NCBI GenBank assembly: GCA_031999925.1
Contig: DAMABW010000002.1
Span: 3,085 to 42,556 of the forward strand
Direction of reading: 5' to 3'
Length of the DNA stretch: 39,472 nt
Source of the DNA: Massilia sp.
GTDB taxonomy: Bacteria; Pseudomonadota; Gammaproteobacteria; Burkholderiales; Burkholderiaceae_D
Numbering within the stretch: the stretch's first letter is position 1; each line of letters begins with the position of its first letter. Below are positions 1-8,904 of this stretch, in pieces. A model generated the notes under the pieces. That model had not been told where the DNA came from and did no database searches. It saw only the letters and a list, made by a program, of their open reading frames with translations. The translations under genes and the position numbers were made by a program.

Positions 1-216
1 CCCACGCAAATTTTCCACAGCGGCTTTTATGGCGACCTGAATTACCGCTTCGCCGTGTTCATCCCGAAGGCACTGGATGGCTATGCGGGCGAGCAATTGC
101 AGCTCAGCTACAAGGGGCAACCGGCGATCCTGGTCGGCAACGGCAAGTCGCCGTCGGATCTGCCGGCGGTCGGCGGTACGGCAGCCGGGGTGGCCGCCGC
201 CTGCCTGCCGCCTTGA
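1..216 (+). CDS. 3' end of a protein of unknown function (partial, runs off window)
   Basis: Frame 1 is open from base 1 (PTQIFHSGFYGDLNYRFAVFIPK...CLPP) to TGA at 214-216, with GC-rich third codon positions; no family recognised. Confidence 0.6.
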   Translation, partial: PTQIFHSGFYGDLNYRFAVFIPKALDGYAGEQLQLSYKGQPAILVGNGKSPSDLPAVGGTAAGVAAACLPP

Positions 217-642
217 TTAGCCGGCTTTCGGATACAGGATCATCTGGGTGCAGCGGAACAGGGCGATGGTCTTGCCGTTCGCCTCGTCGGTCACCGTCAC
301 GTCCCACACCTGCGTGGTGCGGCCCAGGTGGGCGGGCGTCGCCACGGCGGCGATCGCGCCTTCGCGTGCGGTGCCGAGGTGGTTCGATTTCAGTTCGATG
401 GTGGTGAAGCTGTGCGCGCCTTCGGGCAGGTGGGCCATGCAGGCGTAGCCGGCGGCGGTGTCGGCCAGGGTCACCACGCTGCCTGCGTGCAGGTAGCCGT
501 TCGGGGCCAGCAGTTGCTGGCGCACCGGCAGGCGCGCCGCGACGCGGCCTTCGGCGATTTCCAGGATCTCGATGCCCAGGTAGCCGGGCAGGGTGTTGGC
601 GCCGCGTTCGTTGAAGACGTCGGGGGTGAGCTGGTTGTTCAT
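217..642 (-). CDS. PaaI/hotdog-fold thioesterase
   Basis: 141 aa; NGYLHAGSVVTLADTAAG, TIELKSNHL and HLGRTTQVWDV are typical of PaaI/MenI-like thioesterases. Confidence 0.9.
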   Translation of the reverse strand: MNNQLTPDVFNERGANTLPGYLGIEILEIAEGRVAARLPVRQQLLAPNGYLHAGSVVTLADTAAGYACMAHLPEGAHSFTTIELKSNHLGTAREGAIAAVATPAHLGRTTQVWDVTVTDEANGKTIALFRCTQMILYPKAG

Positions 643-706
643 GTGTGCTTGTGACGGATGAGGAATTCGTCATCGTACACTGCGCGTCAGGCCTGCGGCG
701 GAAACC

Positions 707-867
707 GTACGGTGGGCACTCTGTGCCCACGCGGATGTAGGCGTTATGTTGGCGTTGTTGGAGCCGCGTGGCATGCATTGTGACGCCGCATCTCAAAGCA
801 AGCCGCAACATCCAAACGAAGCCAACATGGTGCAACGTTCCGCGTGGGCACGGGGTGCCCACCCTAC
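707..867. repeat. Inverted REP doublet (family A, REPIN-like)
   Basis: GTACGGTGGGCACTCTGTGCCCACGCGG at 707-734 and the reverse complement of GTAGGGTGGGCACCCCGTGCCCACGCGG at 840-867; the spacer is partly self-complementary (ATGTTGGC 746-753 / GCCAACAT 821-828). Confidence 0.85.
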
Positions 868-886
868 TGTTGAGGCTACGCGTCCT

Positions 887-2881
887 TTATGCCCGGCGCT
901 TCTGCTTGCCCCCGCTCCCACCCGCATGCCGCTTGCGCGTCGCCGAATTCTGCTGCTGCAGCATCGAGTCCACCCGCTCCGCCGCTTCGCGCGCCAGCTT
1001 CTGCGCTTCCTCGATGCTGGGGAAGAAGTCCGGCTGGCGGTAGCCCAGCCAGGCATAGGCCGAGTACATGCGGCAGGTGTCTTCGACTTCCTGCAAGTTC
1101 ATGAAGAACAATTCCTGGGTATGCGGCTGCAGCTTGCAGATCTTCTTCTTTGCCAGCGACAGCGACCAGTGCTCCCAGGCGCTTTGCAACACCGGCACCT
1201 TGGTCGAAATCGGCACCAGCGACAGCATGAACTTTTCCGCCACCGACAAGGGCAGGGTGTCGAGCCATTCGGCGCGCTCGTTCTGCTCTTCCGTAATGCG
1301 CGGATAGAAAAAGCCGTCCGGCACGTCGATGTTGTGGACAAAGCGCTTCAGCAGTTTCACCAGCGAGGTTTCGCCGGTCACCGACGAGATGCGGTGCAAT
1401 TGCTCCAGCGATGGCGCCACCGCGAAACCGCTGGCCGGCACCGGCGGGATCTTTTCCTTCATCAGCGCGCGCATCACCTCGTGGGTGTCGTCGTCGTAGC
1501 CGGCAACAAACCCTTCTTCGTGCACACCATAACGACCGGCACGCCCGGCGATCTGCTTGGCCAGCGCCGCCGAAATCTCTTCTTCCTCGTAGCCGTTGTA
1601 TTTCACGGCCGTGGTCATCACGATGCGCGCGATCGGCATGTTCAGGCCCATGGCGAGGGCGTCGGTGCCGACCACGATGTCGGCCTGCCCTTCGCGGAAG
1701 CGCTCGGCCTGGGCGCGCCGCACTTCCGGCGACAGATTGCCGTACACGGTGGCCACCGACAGGCCTTTCTCGGTGATCATGTCGCGCCACATCAGCACGT
1801 CGCGCCGCGAGAAGGCAATCACGGCGTCGCCGCGGCGCAGGTTGCCGAGTTTGCGCACCGGCGACGGTTCCATCGCCAGCGGCGCCATGCGTTTCAGCAC
1901 GTGCACCTCCAGCGGCACTTCCAGCCGCTCGGCCAGCGCCTCGATGGCGCGCCGCGCTTCCGGCGCACCCACCAGGTAGACGGTGTTCGCCGGCGCGCCG
2001 CAGACGGCCGCGGTCCAGGCGGCGCCGCGGTCGCGGTCGGCCAGCATCTGGATTTCGTCGATCACCGCCACTTCCACCGCTTTTTTCGTATCGAGCATCT
2101 CGACCGTGCTGGCAACGTGGGTGCTGCCTTCAGCGATGCGGCGTTCCTCGCCGGTGACCAGGCTCACCTTCAGTTCCTCGCCATGCGGGCGGGCGGCCTG
2201 CAGGCGCTCGTAGTTTTCCAGCGCCAGCAAACGCAGCGGCGCGAGATACACACCGCTGGCGGCTTTCGCCAGCGCTTCCATCGCGCGGTGGGTCTTGCCG
2301 GAGTTGGTCGGGCCGAGCAGGGCGATGAACTTGCGCGGCATGCGGCTGGCGACCTCGAAGGATTCCGGGTACTCGGCCAGGTTGATGCTTTCCTTGGTGC
2401 GGGCGGCGTGGCGCTCTTCCTGCTCGCGCTCGATGGCGTGCTCGACGCGCTGGCGGATACGCTCGAACACGTATTCGGCCGGCTCCGAGGTTTCCAGATC
2501 CTCGAGCACGCCGAGGAAGACGCGCGGGTCGAAACCGGCGTCGTCGGCCTGCTCGGCGATCTCGGCAACGAATTCCTCGGCGTCCATCTGGAGTTCGGCC
2601 AGGGCCTTGTCGCCGGTGCGTTCCTCGATCAGGTCGCGCCGCGCCAGCGGGTCCATCTTGCGCCATTTGCTCGGCTTGGCCAGCACGCCGCGCGCCGGCA
2701 CCAGGGCGTAGCGCACGCGCAAGCCGTGGTATTTCACTTCGCCGGAAAAACGCAGGAAGACGCGGCCTTCCATCTTGACCAGCTCGATGCCGCGCTCGGC
2801 CAGCTTCAGGTCCTGGACCAGGAAGGCATCGTCGCCGGTGTCGTTGTCCTGGTCGGATGGGTCGTGACGGTAATTGCTCAT
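887..2881 (-). CDS. SUV3-like SF2 ATP-dependent RNA helicase
   Basis: GPTNSGKT, APLRLLA, STVEM, DEIQM, TDALAMGLN and QIAGRAGR motifs match the Suv3 family; start taken at ATG 2881 (MSNYRHD). Confidence 0.88.
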   Translation of the reverse strand: MSNYRHDPSDQDNDTGDDAFLVQDLKLAERGIELVKMEGRVFLRFSGEVKYHGLRVRYALVPARGVLAKPSKWRKMDPLARRDLIEERTGDKALAELQMDAEEFVAEIAEQADDAGFDPRVFLGVLEDLETSEPAEYVFERIRQRVEHAIEREQEERHAARTKESINLAEYPESFEVASRMPRKFIALLGPTNSGKTHRAMEALAKAASGVYLAPLRLLALENYERLQAARPHGEELKVSLVTGEERRIAEGSTHVASTVEMLDTKKAVEVAVIDEIQMLADRDRGAAWTAAVCGAPANTVYLVGAPEARRAIEALAERLEVPLEVHVLKRMAPLAMEPSPVRKLGNLRRGDAVIAFSRRDVLMWRDMITEKGLSVATVYGNLSPEVRRAQAERFREGQADIVVGTDALAMGLNMPIARIVMTTAVKYNGYEEEEISAALAKQIAGRAGRYGVHEEGFVAGYDDDTHEVMRALMKEKIPPVPASGFAVAPSLEQLHRISSVTGETSLVKLLKRFVHNIDVPDGFFYPRITEEQNERAEWLDTLPLSVAEKFMLSLVPISTKVPVLQSAWEHWSLSLAKKKICKLQPHTQELFFMNLQEVEDTCRMYSAYAWLGYRQPDFFPSIEEAQKLAREAAERVDSMLQQQNSATRKRHAGGSGGKQKRRA

Positions 2882-3153
2882 GTATAAAGAATGCGATGTC
2901 TGGTTGTGATCACTATAGCTCGGATGGCGCAGGCATCCTGTTCCGGACCGGCTTCCTGGAACGAAACAGCGCGGCACGGCGGCGCCGAGCGCTTACCGCC
3001 CGTTAATCTGTTGTAACCGGCTCAAATATTTGACCAGTTCACATTTGCATGCAGAATGTTATTTTCCTGCAAGAAATTTTCAACTATAGTCTAGCGCTTT
3101 AGACCTGCCGCATTCCGTTTGCCGTTCCGCACGGCCCAAGGACCGCCCCCACC

Positions 3154-4962
3154 ATGAAAAATAACCGGATCGGCCTTATCCTCGTCGTCTCCTCGCTGGC
3201 CGTGATTGCCCTGGTCGTTACCATGCTGCTCGGGCGCCAGCATACCGACCAGGCCGAACAGGTACGTGTGCAAGGCCTGGGTACGGTGCGTTCGCTGGCC
3301 ACGCTGCCGGCGGACATCCTGCTGGCCCAGCCGGGCGTGCTGGCCTCGCTGCTGGCCGGGCGCGAGAATCCCGATTTCGCCTACGCCGCCATCAGTGCCG
3401 AGGATGGCCGCAACCTGGCCGAAGTGGCCACTCCCGGCGCCATCGTGCCGCCGGCCGCGCCGCTGGCCCTGGCCAGCTTCGACGAGCGCAGTGTCGCCCC
3501 GGCCCAGAATGCGCGCGCGATCCGCGAATTCCGCGGTCCGCTGGCCAGCGCCGATACACGCCTGCAGCTGCGCATCGGTTACTTCGAGCCGCACGGCCTG
3601 CTCGACCTGAAGGACTTGCCTTTCTACGCCCTGATCGCGCTGGCCGTATTCCTGCTGGTGCCGCTCATCTACATCGTGATCAAGCGCGAAATGGCGCCGC
3701 TGGCTGCCCTTGGCGAACAGCTGAAGACCCTGGGCGCGGCCCAGGCCCAGCCGGTACAGGAGCTCGACGCCGGCCAGGACGTGCGCGGCCTCGCCGGCAA
3801 GTTGAACCGCTACCTCGACCACACCAGCGCCCGCATCCGCGAACTGGAACAGGACAGCATCGCCAGCATGGCCAGCGGCCGCCTGCTCGAATACGGCAGC
3901 AACAAGATGCAGGCGGTGCTGCAATGCCTGCCCGACGGCCTGCTGGTGCTCGACCCGGCCGGGGAAGTGACCTTCGCCACCGGGAAGATCGAACCCCTGC
4001 TCGGCGTGCCGGTGGCCGACGTGCTGTCGCAACCCGTGGAGGCCTGGTGCCGCGACCCGGAACTGCGCGCGATGCTGGCGCGCTTTCGCGGCGCCGGACT
4101 GGATGCGCGCAGCCAGATGACCATCGAATTCAATCCGGCCGGCGTGCAGGGCAAGCGCCTGTGGGCCACGGCCCAGGCCCTGACCGGTCACTCGATGGCC
4201 TACGGCACCCTGGTGGTACTGCGCGACGCCACCCGCGAACACCTGGCGCGCCAGGCTGGCAACGACTTCGTCGCCCACGTGGCGCACGAACTGAAGTCGC
4301 CGCTGAACGTGATCGGCATGTACGGCGAGATGCTGGCCGACGTCGGTGTCGACGATCCGGCCGTGCGCGTGGAAGCCATCAACGTGATCCAGGATGAAGT
4401 CGAGCGCATGGTCTCGCTGGTGAACAACCTGCTCAACGTGAGCAAACTCGAGATGGGCAGCATGCGCCCCGAGCGCCACCGCGTGAAACTCGACGATCTG
4501 CTGCGCGACGCCTGGCAGCAGGCGCGTTCGCGCGCCGAAGCGAAGAACATCCGCCTCGATCTGCAAGTGGCGCGCGACCTGGCGGCGGTCTCGGTCGACA
4601 AGGACATGTTCCGCATCGCCCTGAACAATTTGCTGAACAACGCCATCAAGTACAACACGGCCGGCGGTACGGTCACGCTGGCCGCCGAGGAAGGCGACAG
4701 CGACGTCGTCATCGCGGTGCGCGACAGCGGTATCGGCATGACGCCGGAAGACCGCGAGCGCGTGACCGAGAAATTCTTCCGCGTACGCGAGACCGGCGCC
4801 GAACAGCGCGGCGGCCACGGGCTGGGTCTCTACCTCAGCAACCAGATCGTCGAGCTGCACCACGGGCGCCTGACCATCGACAGCGAACTCGGACACGGCA
4901 GCGTGTTCTCCATCCACCTGAAGAAAATGCCGGCATTGGCCGAAGGAGGCCAGGTCCTATGA
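3154..4962 (+). CDS. Membrane PAS-domain sensor histidine kinase
   Basis: Two TM segments, PAS (LQCLPDGLLVLDPAGEVTF), H-box VAHELKSPL, N-box NLLNNAIKY, G1 DSGIGM, F-box FFR, G2 GHGLGL. Confidence 0.93.
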   Translation: MKNNRIGLILVVSSLAVIALVVTMLLGRQHTDQAEQVRVQGLGTVRSLATLPADILLAQPGVLASLLAGRENPDFAYAAISAEDGRNLAEVATPGAIVPPAAPLALASFDERSVAPAQNARAIREFRGPLASADTRLQLRIGYFEPHGLLDLKDLPFYALIALAVFLLVPLIYIVIKREMAPLAALGEQLKTLGAAQAQPVQELDAGQDVRGLAGKLNRYLDHTSARIRELEQDSIASMASGRLLEYGSNKMQAVLQCLPDGLLVLDPAGEVTFATGKIEPLLGVPVADVLSQPVEAWCRDPELRAMLARFRGAGLDARSQMTIEFNPAGVQGKRLWATAQALTGHSMAYGTLVVLRDATREHLARQAGNDFVAHVAHELKSPLNVIGMYGEMLADVGVDDPAVRVEAINVIQDEVERMVSLVNNLLNVSKLEMGSMRPERHRVKLDDLLRDAWQQARSRAEAKNIRLDLQVARDLAAVSVDKDMFRIALNNLLNNAIKYNTAGGTVTLAAEEGDSDVVIAVRDSGIGMTPEDRERVTEKFFRVRETGAEQRGGHGLGLYLSNQIVELHHGRLTIDSELGHGSVFSIHLKKMPALAEGGQVL

Positions 4963-5357
4963 AAAAATCGATCTTGCTGGTCGACGACGAGCCGCACGTG
5001 ATCCGCGTGCTGCGCCTCATGCTCGAGCGCGAAGGCTACGAGGTGGCCAGCGCCAACGACGGCAACGAGGCGCTGGAAAAGATGGCGGCGCGCCGGCCCG
5101 ACGTGATGGTGAGCGACATCCAGATGGCCGGCATGGACGGCCGCGAACTGTGCCGCACTGTGCGTACGCGCTATCCGGATGAGCGTTTCCCGATCTTCGT
5201 GATGACCTCGATGACGGCCTCACAGGAACGCGAATGGGTGCGCGAACTGGCGAACGTCGAATTCCTCGAAAAACCGCTCAGCCCGCGCCAGCTGATCGCG
5301 CGCTTGACCACCTATTTCACCAACGCGGCCGCCACGCAGGAGAACCCGCATGCATGA
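4959..5357 (+). CDS. Single-domain response regulator (receiver only)
   Basis: LLVDDE, VSDIQMAGMDG (phospho-Asp), MTS, KP; 132 aa with no output domain; ATGA overlap with the kinase. Confidence 0.93.
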   Translation: MKKSILLVDDEPHVIRVLRLMLEREGYEVASANDGNEALEKMAARRPDVMVSDIQMAGMDGRELCRTVRTRYPDERFPIFVMTSMTASQEREWVRELANVEFLEKPLSPRQLIARLTTYFTNAAATQENPHA

Positions 5358-6864
5358 TATCTTGAACGATCTCGACCTTTCTCGCCACGCGCGCTGGTTG
5401 CGCCGCACCACCGGCCTCGATTACGACTTCGCGGTCTGCGGACCGGATGGCGCGGTGCGCTGGCAACAGCAGGACGGCAGCGACATCGGCGCCTGGATCG
5501 CGGCGCAAGCGGCATCCGGCTTCGCCTGGGCCCAGGACGGCGACGGCATGCAGCGCCATGATCACGAGGGCGCGACGCTGCTCTACATGGCCATGCACGG
5601 CCAGACCGGGCTGCTCGGCTACCTGGTGGTGCGCGTCGCGACTCCCGAGTCGGCACCGACTGCGTGGGACGCGCTGGCCGAAACCTTCGAGGACATCGGC
5701 GCCGGCATCGCCGACGAAGTCGCCTCGAAGCGCGAGCTCGACTCGATGGCGCTGGAACTGTCCGAGCGCTACGAAGAGCTGCACCTGGTGTACGCCATCG
5801 ACAAGACCGTGCAGCAGCTCGAACCCGGCGCGGACCTGTTCCAGCGCCTGCTGCAAAGCTGGGCCGAGCATATGGATGCCGACGTCGCCGCCTTCGTCAA
5901 ACCCGGCGAAAACCTGTGCGTGCACGCGACCAACCTGTCGGCGCCGATCCACAACCTGGACCTGGTGCTGGTCGAGATGCGCGGCGACTTGTACCGCTTT
6001 ACCCATTCGGCACGCGCGCCGATCGTCATCAACGATGTGAACGACCCGCGCCGCGCCTACATCTTCACCGACCTGCCGTTCAAGCTGCTGTGCTGCCCGG
6101 TGATCCACGACCGCAGCGTGGTGGCGATCCTGGTGCTGGCGAACCACCTGGCGAAACCCGACTTCTCGAACAGCGACCGCAAGCTCGGCGAGCTGCTGGC
6201 GAACCAGCTGTCGGGTCTCTCCAAGATGTACGGCATGCTGGCCGAAACCCAGAAGTTCAACGACCAGATGGCGAACGCCCTGATTGAAGCGGTCGAAGCG
6301 AAGGACCCGTACACGCGCGGCCACTCCGAGCGCGTGCACTACATCACCATGGAAATCGGCAAGGCGATGAACCTCGGCACGCGCGACACCGACGACTTGT
6401 TCTGGGGTTCGCTGCTGCACGACGTCGGCAAGATCGGCATCCCCGACGCGGTGCTGTGCAAGCCGGGCCGCCTGACCGCCGACGAGTTCACCTTCATCAA
6501 GGTGCACCCGGAGCGCAGCTACGAAATCCTGCGCCACATCGACCGCCTGAAGGGCGCGGTGCCGGGCGCGCGCCACCACCAGGAAAAGTACGACGGCACC
6601 GGCTACCCGCATGGCTTGAAGGGCAACGACATCCCGCTGCACGCGCGCATCATCGCCGTAGCCGACACCTATGACTCGATCACCAGCTCGCGCGCCTACC
6701 GCGCCGGCCGCAGCCACGAAGTGGCGATGGCGGAAATCGCGCGCGTGGCCGGCAGCCAGCTCGACCCGATGATCATCAAGGTATTCGAGGAAGTCTGCGC
6801 GGCCGAGCCGGAATGGATCGCGCGCTTCAACATTGCACGCGACCTCCCGCAGCAGGCGGCATAA
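5350..6864 (+). CDS. GAF + HD-GYP domain protein (putative c-di-GMP phosphodiesterase)
   Basis: KDPYTRGHSERV, LHDVGKIGIPD, HHQEKYDGTGYP, IAVADTYD and RAYR motifs; central GAF-like segment (LLCCPVIHDRSVVAILVLAN). Confidence 0.9.
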   Translation: MHDILNDLDLSRHARWLRRTTGLDYDFAVCGPDGAVRWQQQDGSDIGAWIAAQAASGFAWAQDGDGMQRHDHEGATLLYMAMHGQTGLLGYLVVRVATPESAPTAWDALAETFEDIGAGIADEVASKRELDSMALELSERYEELHLVYAIDKTVQQLEPGADLFQRLLQSWAEHMDADVAAFVKPGENLCVHATNLSAPIHNLDLVLVEMRGDLYRFTHSARAPIVINDVNDPRRAYIFTDLPFKLLCCPVIHDRSVVAILVLANHLAKPDFSNSDRKLGELLANQLSGLSKMYGMLAETQKFNDQMANALIEAVEAKDPYTRGHSERVHYITMEIGKAMNLGTRDTDDLFWGSLLHDVGKIGIPDAVLCKPGRLTADEFTFIKVHPERSYEILRHIDRLKGAVPGARHHQEKYDGTGYPHGLKGNDIPLHARIIAVADTYDSITSSRAYRAGRSHEVAMAEIARVAGSQLDPMIIKVFEEVCAAEPEWIARFNIARDLPQQAA

Positions 6865-6867
6865 GCG

Positions 6868-8892
6868 ATGAGCGACGCCGTCACCCGCAGCCGCATCGGC
6901 TCGATGACCTACCTGGCGCCGTCGATGGCGCTGGTGGCCGCCGACGCCGTCGATGCGGTGGACAACGCGATTGGCGAATGCATCGCCCAGCACCAGGTCA
7001 GCATCGTGCTCGACCTGGGCAAGGTGCCGTTGCTGTCGGGCCGCGCGCTGGAAATGATGACGCGCGCCGCGAACCGCCTGGGTTCGTTGGGCGGCTGGCT
7101 GAAGCTGGCCTATCCGAGCCCGCTGCTGCTCGATATCCTGAACGTCACCGGCGTGTCGGAAAAGGTGGCGCTGTACGACGCGCCCCAGGCCCCGGCCAAG
7201 GCGCCGCGCGGCGCCGGCCAGCCGAAGCTGGGCGACATCCTGGTCGAACGCGGCATCGTCACCGCGGCCCAGGTGGCGGAGGCGGCGCGCCTGCAGGAGC
7301 AGACCGGCAAGCGCATGGGCCTGATCATGGTCGAGAAGAAGTGGCTGTCGGAAGCGGCCCTGTTCCAGGCGCTGGCCGAGCAGCTCGATCTGCCCTTCGT
7401 GAGCTTGCGCGCCGGCCTGTACGACCCGGTGGCCGTGTCGCTGCTGGAACGCGACGTGGCAAAACGCCTGAACGTGATTCCGCTGTTCGTGGTCGAGAAC
7501 ACGCTGACGCTGGCCACCGGCGAGCCGCAGGCGGTGCACAGCATCGACGAGATCCGCGCCCGCACCGGCTGTCGCATCCGCGTGGCGATGGCGCCGCCGG
7601 CGGACATCAACCGCGTGCGCGACGATGCCTACGGCGGCACCATGCCGGACTTTATTCACAGCGAAGCGAACGACCTGGAACTGGTGGACAGCCAGATCCC
7701 GGACGACTACACGCAGATCGACCAGATGGCCGGCGCCAGCCCCGTCATCAACATGGTCAACGCCGTGATCCAGCGCGCCATCCACGACAACGCCAGCGAT
7801 ATCCACATCGAGATTTCGCGCAACAAGTCGCGCATCCGCCTGCGCATCGACGGCATCCTGTACGAAGTCATGTCGCCGCGCGTCGAACTGCATCCGGCCA
7901 TCGTCTCGCGTTTGAAAGTCATGGCGCATCTCGACATCGCCGAGCGGCGCCTGCCGCAGGACGGCCGCATCCAGGTGATGACCCAGGGCCGCACGGTCGA
8001 TCTGCGCTTCTCCTCGCTGCCCGGCATCTACGGCGAAAAGGTGGTGCTGCGCGTGCTGGACAAGAACCAGTCGATCCTGGATGTGGACAAGCTGGGCATG
8101 GAGCGCGGCACGGTCGAGACCTTCAAGCGCCTGCTCGGGCGCAGCCACGGCCTGATCCTGGTCACCGGCCCTACCGGCAGCGGCAAGACCACCAGCCTGT
8201 ACGCGGCAATCAACTACCTCAAAAGCATCGAGAAGAACATCGTCACGATCGAGGACCCGGTCGAGTACCAGTTGGACATCATCAACCAGAACCAGGTGAA
8301 CGATGCGATCGGCCTGACCTTCCCGAAGATCCTGAAGCACGTGCTGCGCCAGGACCCGGACATCATCATGGTCGGCGAGATCCGCGACCGCCAGACCGCG
8401 GAGATCGCGGTGCAGGCGGCGTTGACCGGGCACCTGGTGCTCACCACCCTGCACACCAACGACACCCTGGGTGCGGTGGCGCGCCTGGTGGAGATGGGCG
8501 TCGAGCCCTACCTGTTGTCGTCGGCCCTGATCGGCGTGATGGCGCAGCGCCTGGTGCGCCGCATCTGCCCGGCCTGCAAGACCGGTTACCTGGTGCCGCC
8601 CGGCGCCGCGCTGGCCTATGGCTGGAAGGGCGAGGGCAACCTCAAGCTGCAAAAGGGACGCGGCTGCCCGTCGTGCTATGACTCGGGCTACAAGGGGCGC
8701 CTGGGCATCTACGAACTGCTGGAAGTGGGGTCCGACCTGCAGCGCATGATCGTGGCGAATGCCAGCAAGGATGCGCTGGCCCAGCACGTGGCCGGCAAAG
8801 GTCACCGCGATTTGTACGCCGACGGCATGGAGCGCGCCTTTGGCGGCGACACCACGCCCGAGGAAATCGCGCGCGTCGTGCATTCGCTGTAA
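6868..8892 (+). CDS. GspE/PilB/MshE-family assembly ATPase with N-terminal STAS and MshEN domains
   Basis: Walker A GPTGSGKT, Asp box TIEDPVEY, Walker B LRQDPDIIMVGEIRD, His box GHLVLTTLH, CPAC...CPSC zinc motif; tandem MshEN motif at 7225-7383; STAS-like first ~105 aa. Confidence 0.93.
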   Translation: MSDAVTRSRIGSMTYLAPSMALVAADAVDAVDNAIGECIAQHQVSIVLDLGKVPLLSGRALEMMTRAANRLGSLGGWLKLAYPSPLLLDILNVTGVSEKVALYDAPQAPAKAPRGAGQPKLGDILVERGIVTAAQVAEAARLQEQTGKRMGLIMVEKKWLSEAALFQALAEQLDLPFVSLRAGLYDPVAVSLLERDVAKRLNVIPLFVVENTLTLATGEPQAVHSIDEIRARTGCRIRVAMAPPADINRVRDDAYGGTMPDFIHSEANDLELVDSQIPDDYTQIDQMAGASPVINMVNAVIQRAIHDNASDIHIEISRNKSRIRLRIDGILYEVMSPRVELHPAIVSRLKVMAHLDIAERRLPQDGRIQVMTQGRTVDLRFSSLPGIYGEKVVLRVLDKNQSILDVDKLGMERGTVETFKRLLGRSHGLILVTGPTGSGKTTSLYAAINYLKSIEKNIVTIEDPVEYQLDIINQNQVNDAIGLTFPKILKHVLRQDPDIIMVGEIRDRQTAEIAVQAALTGHLVLTTLHTNDTLGAVARLVEMGVEPYLLSSALIGVMAQRLVRRICPACKTGYLVPPGAALAYGWKGEGNLKLQKGRGCPSCYDSGYKGRLGIYELLEVGSDLQRMIVANASKDALAQHVAGKGHRDLYADGMERAFGGDTTPEEIARVVHSL

Positions 8893-8904
8893 GAGGAGCC
8901 GCAC

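Noticed and set aside
3025..3046. CRP/Clp-like site upstream of the filament operon (TTTGA-N5-TCACATTT)
   Set aside because: Only the right half-site matches and the spacing is 5 rather than 6 bp; the AT-rich region is probably the promoter but I cannot assign its elements
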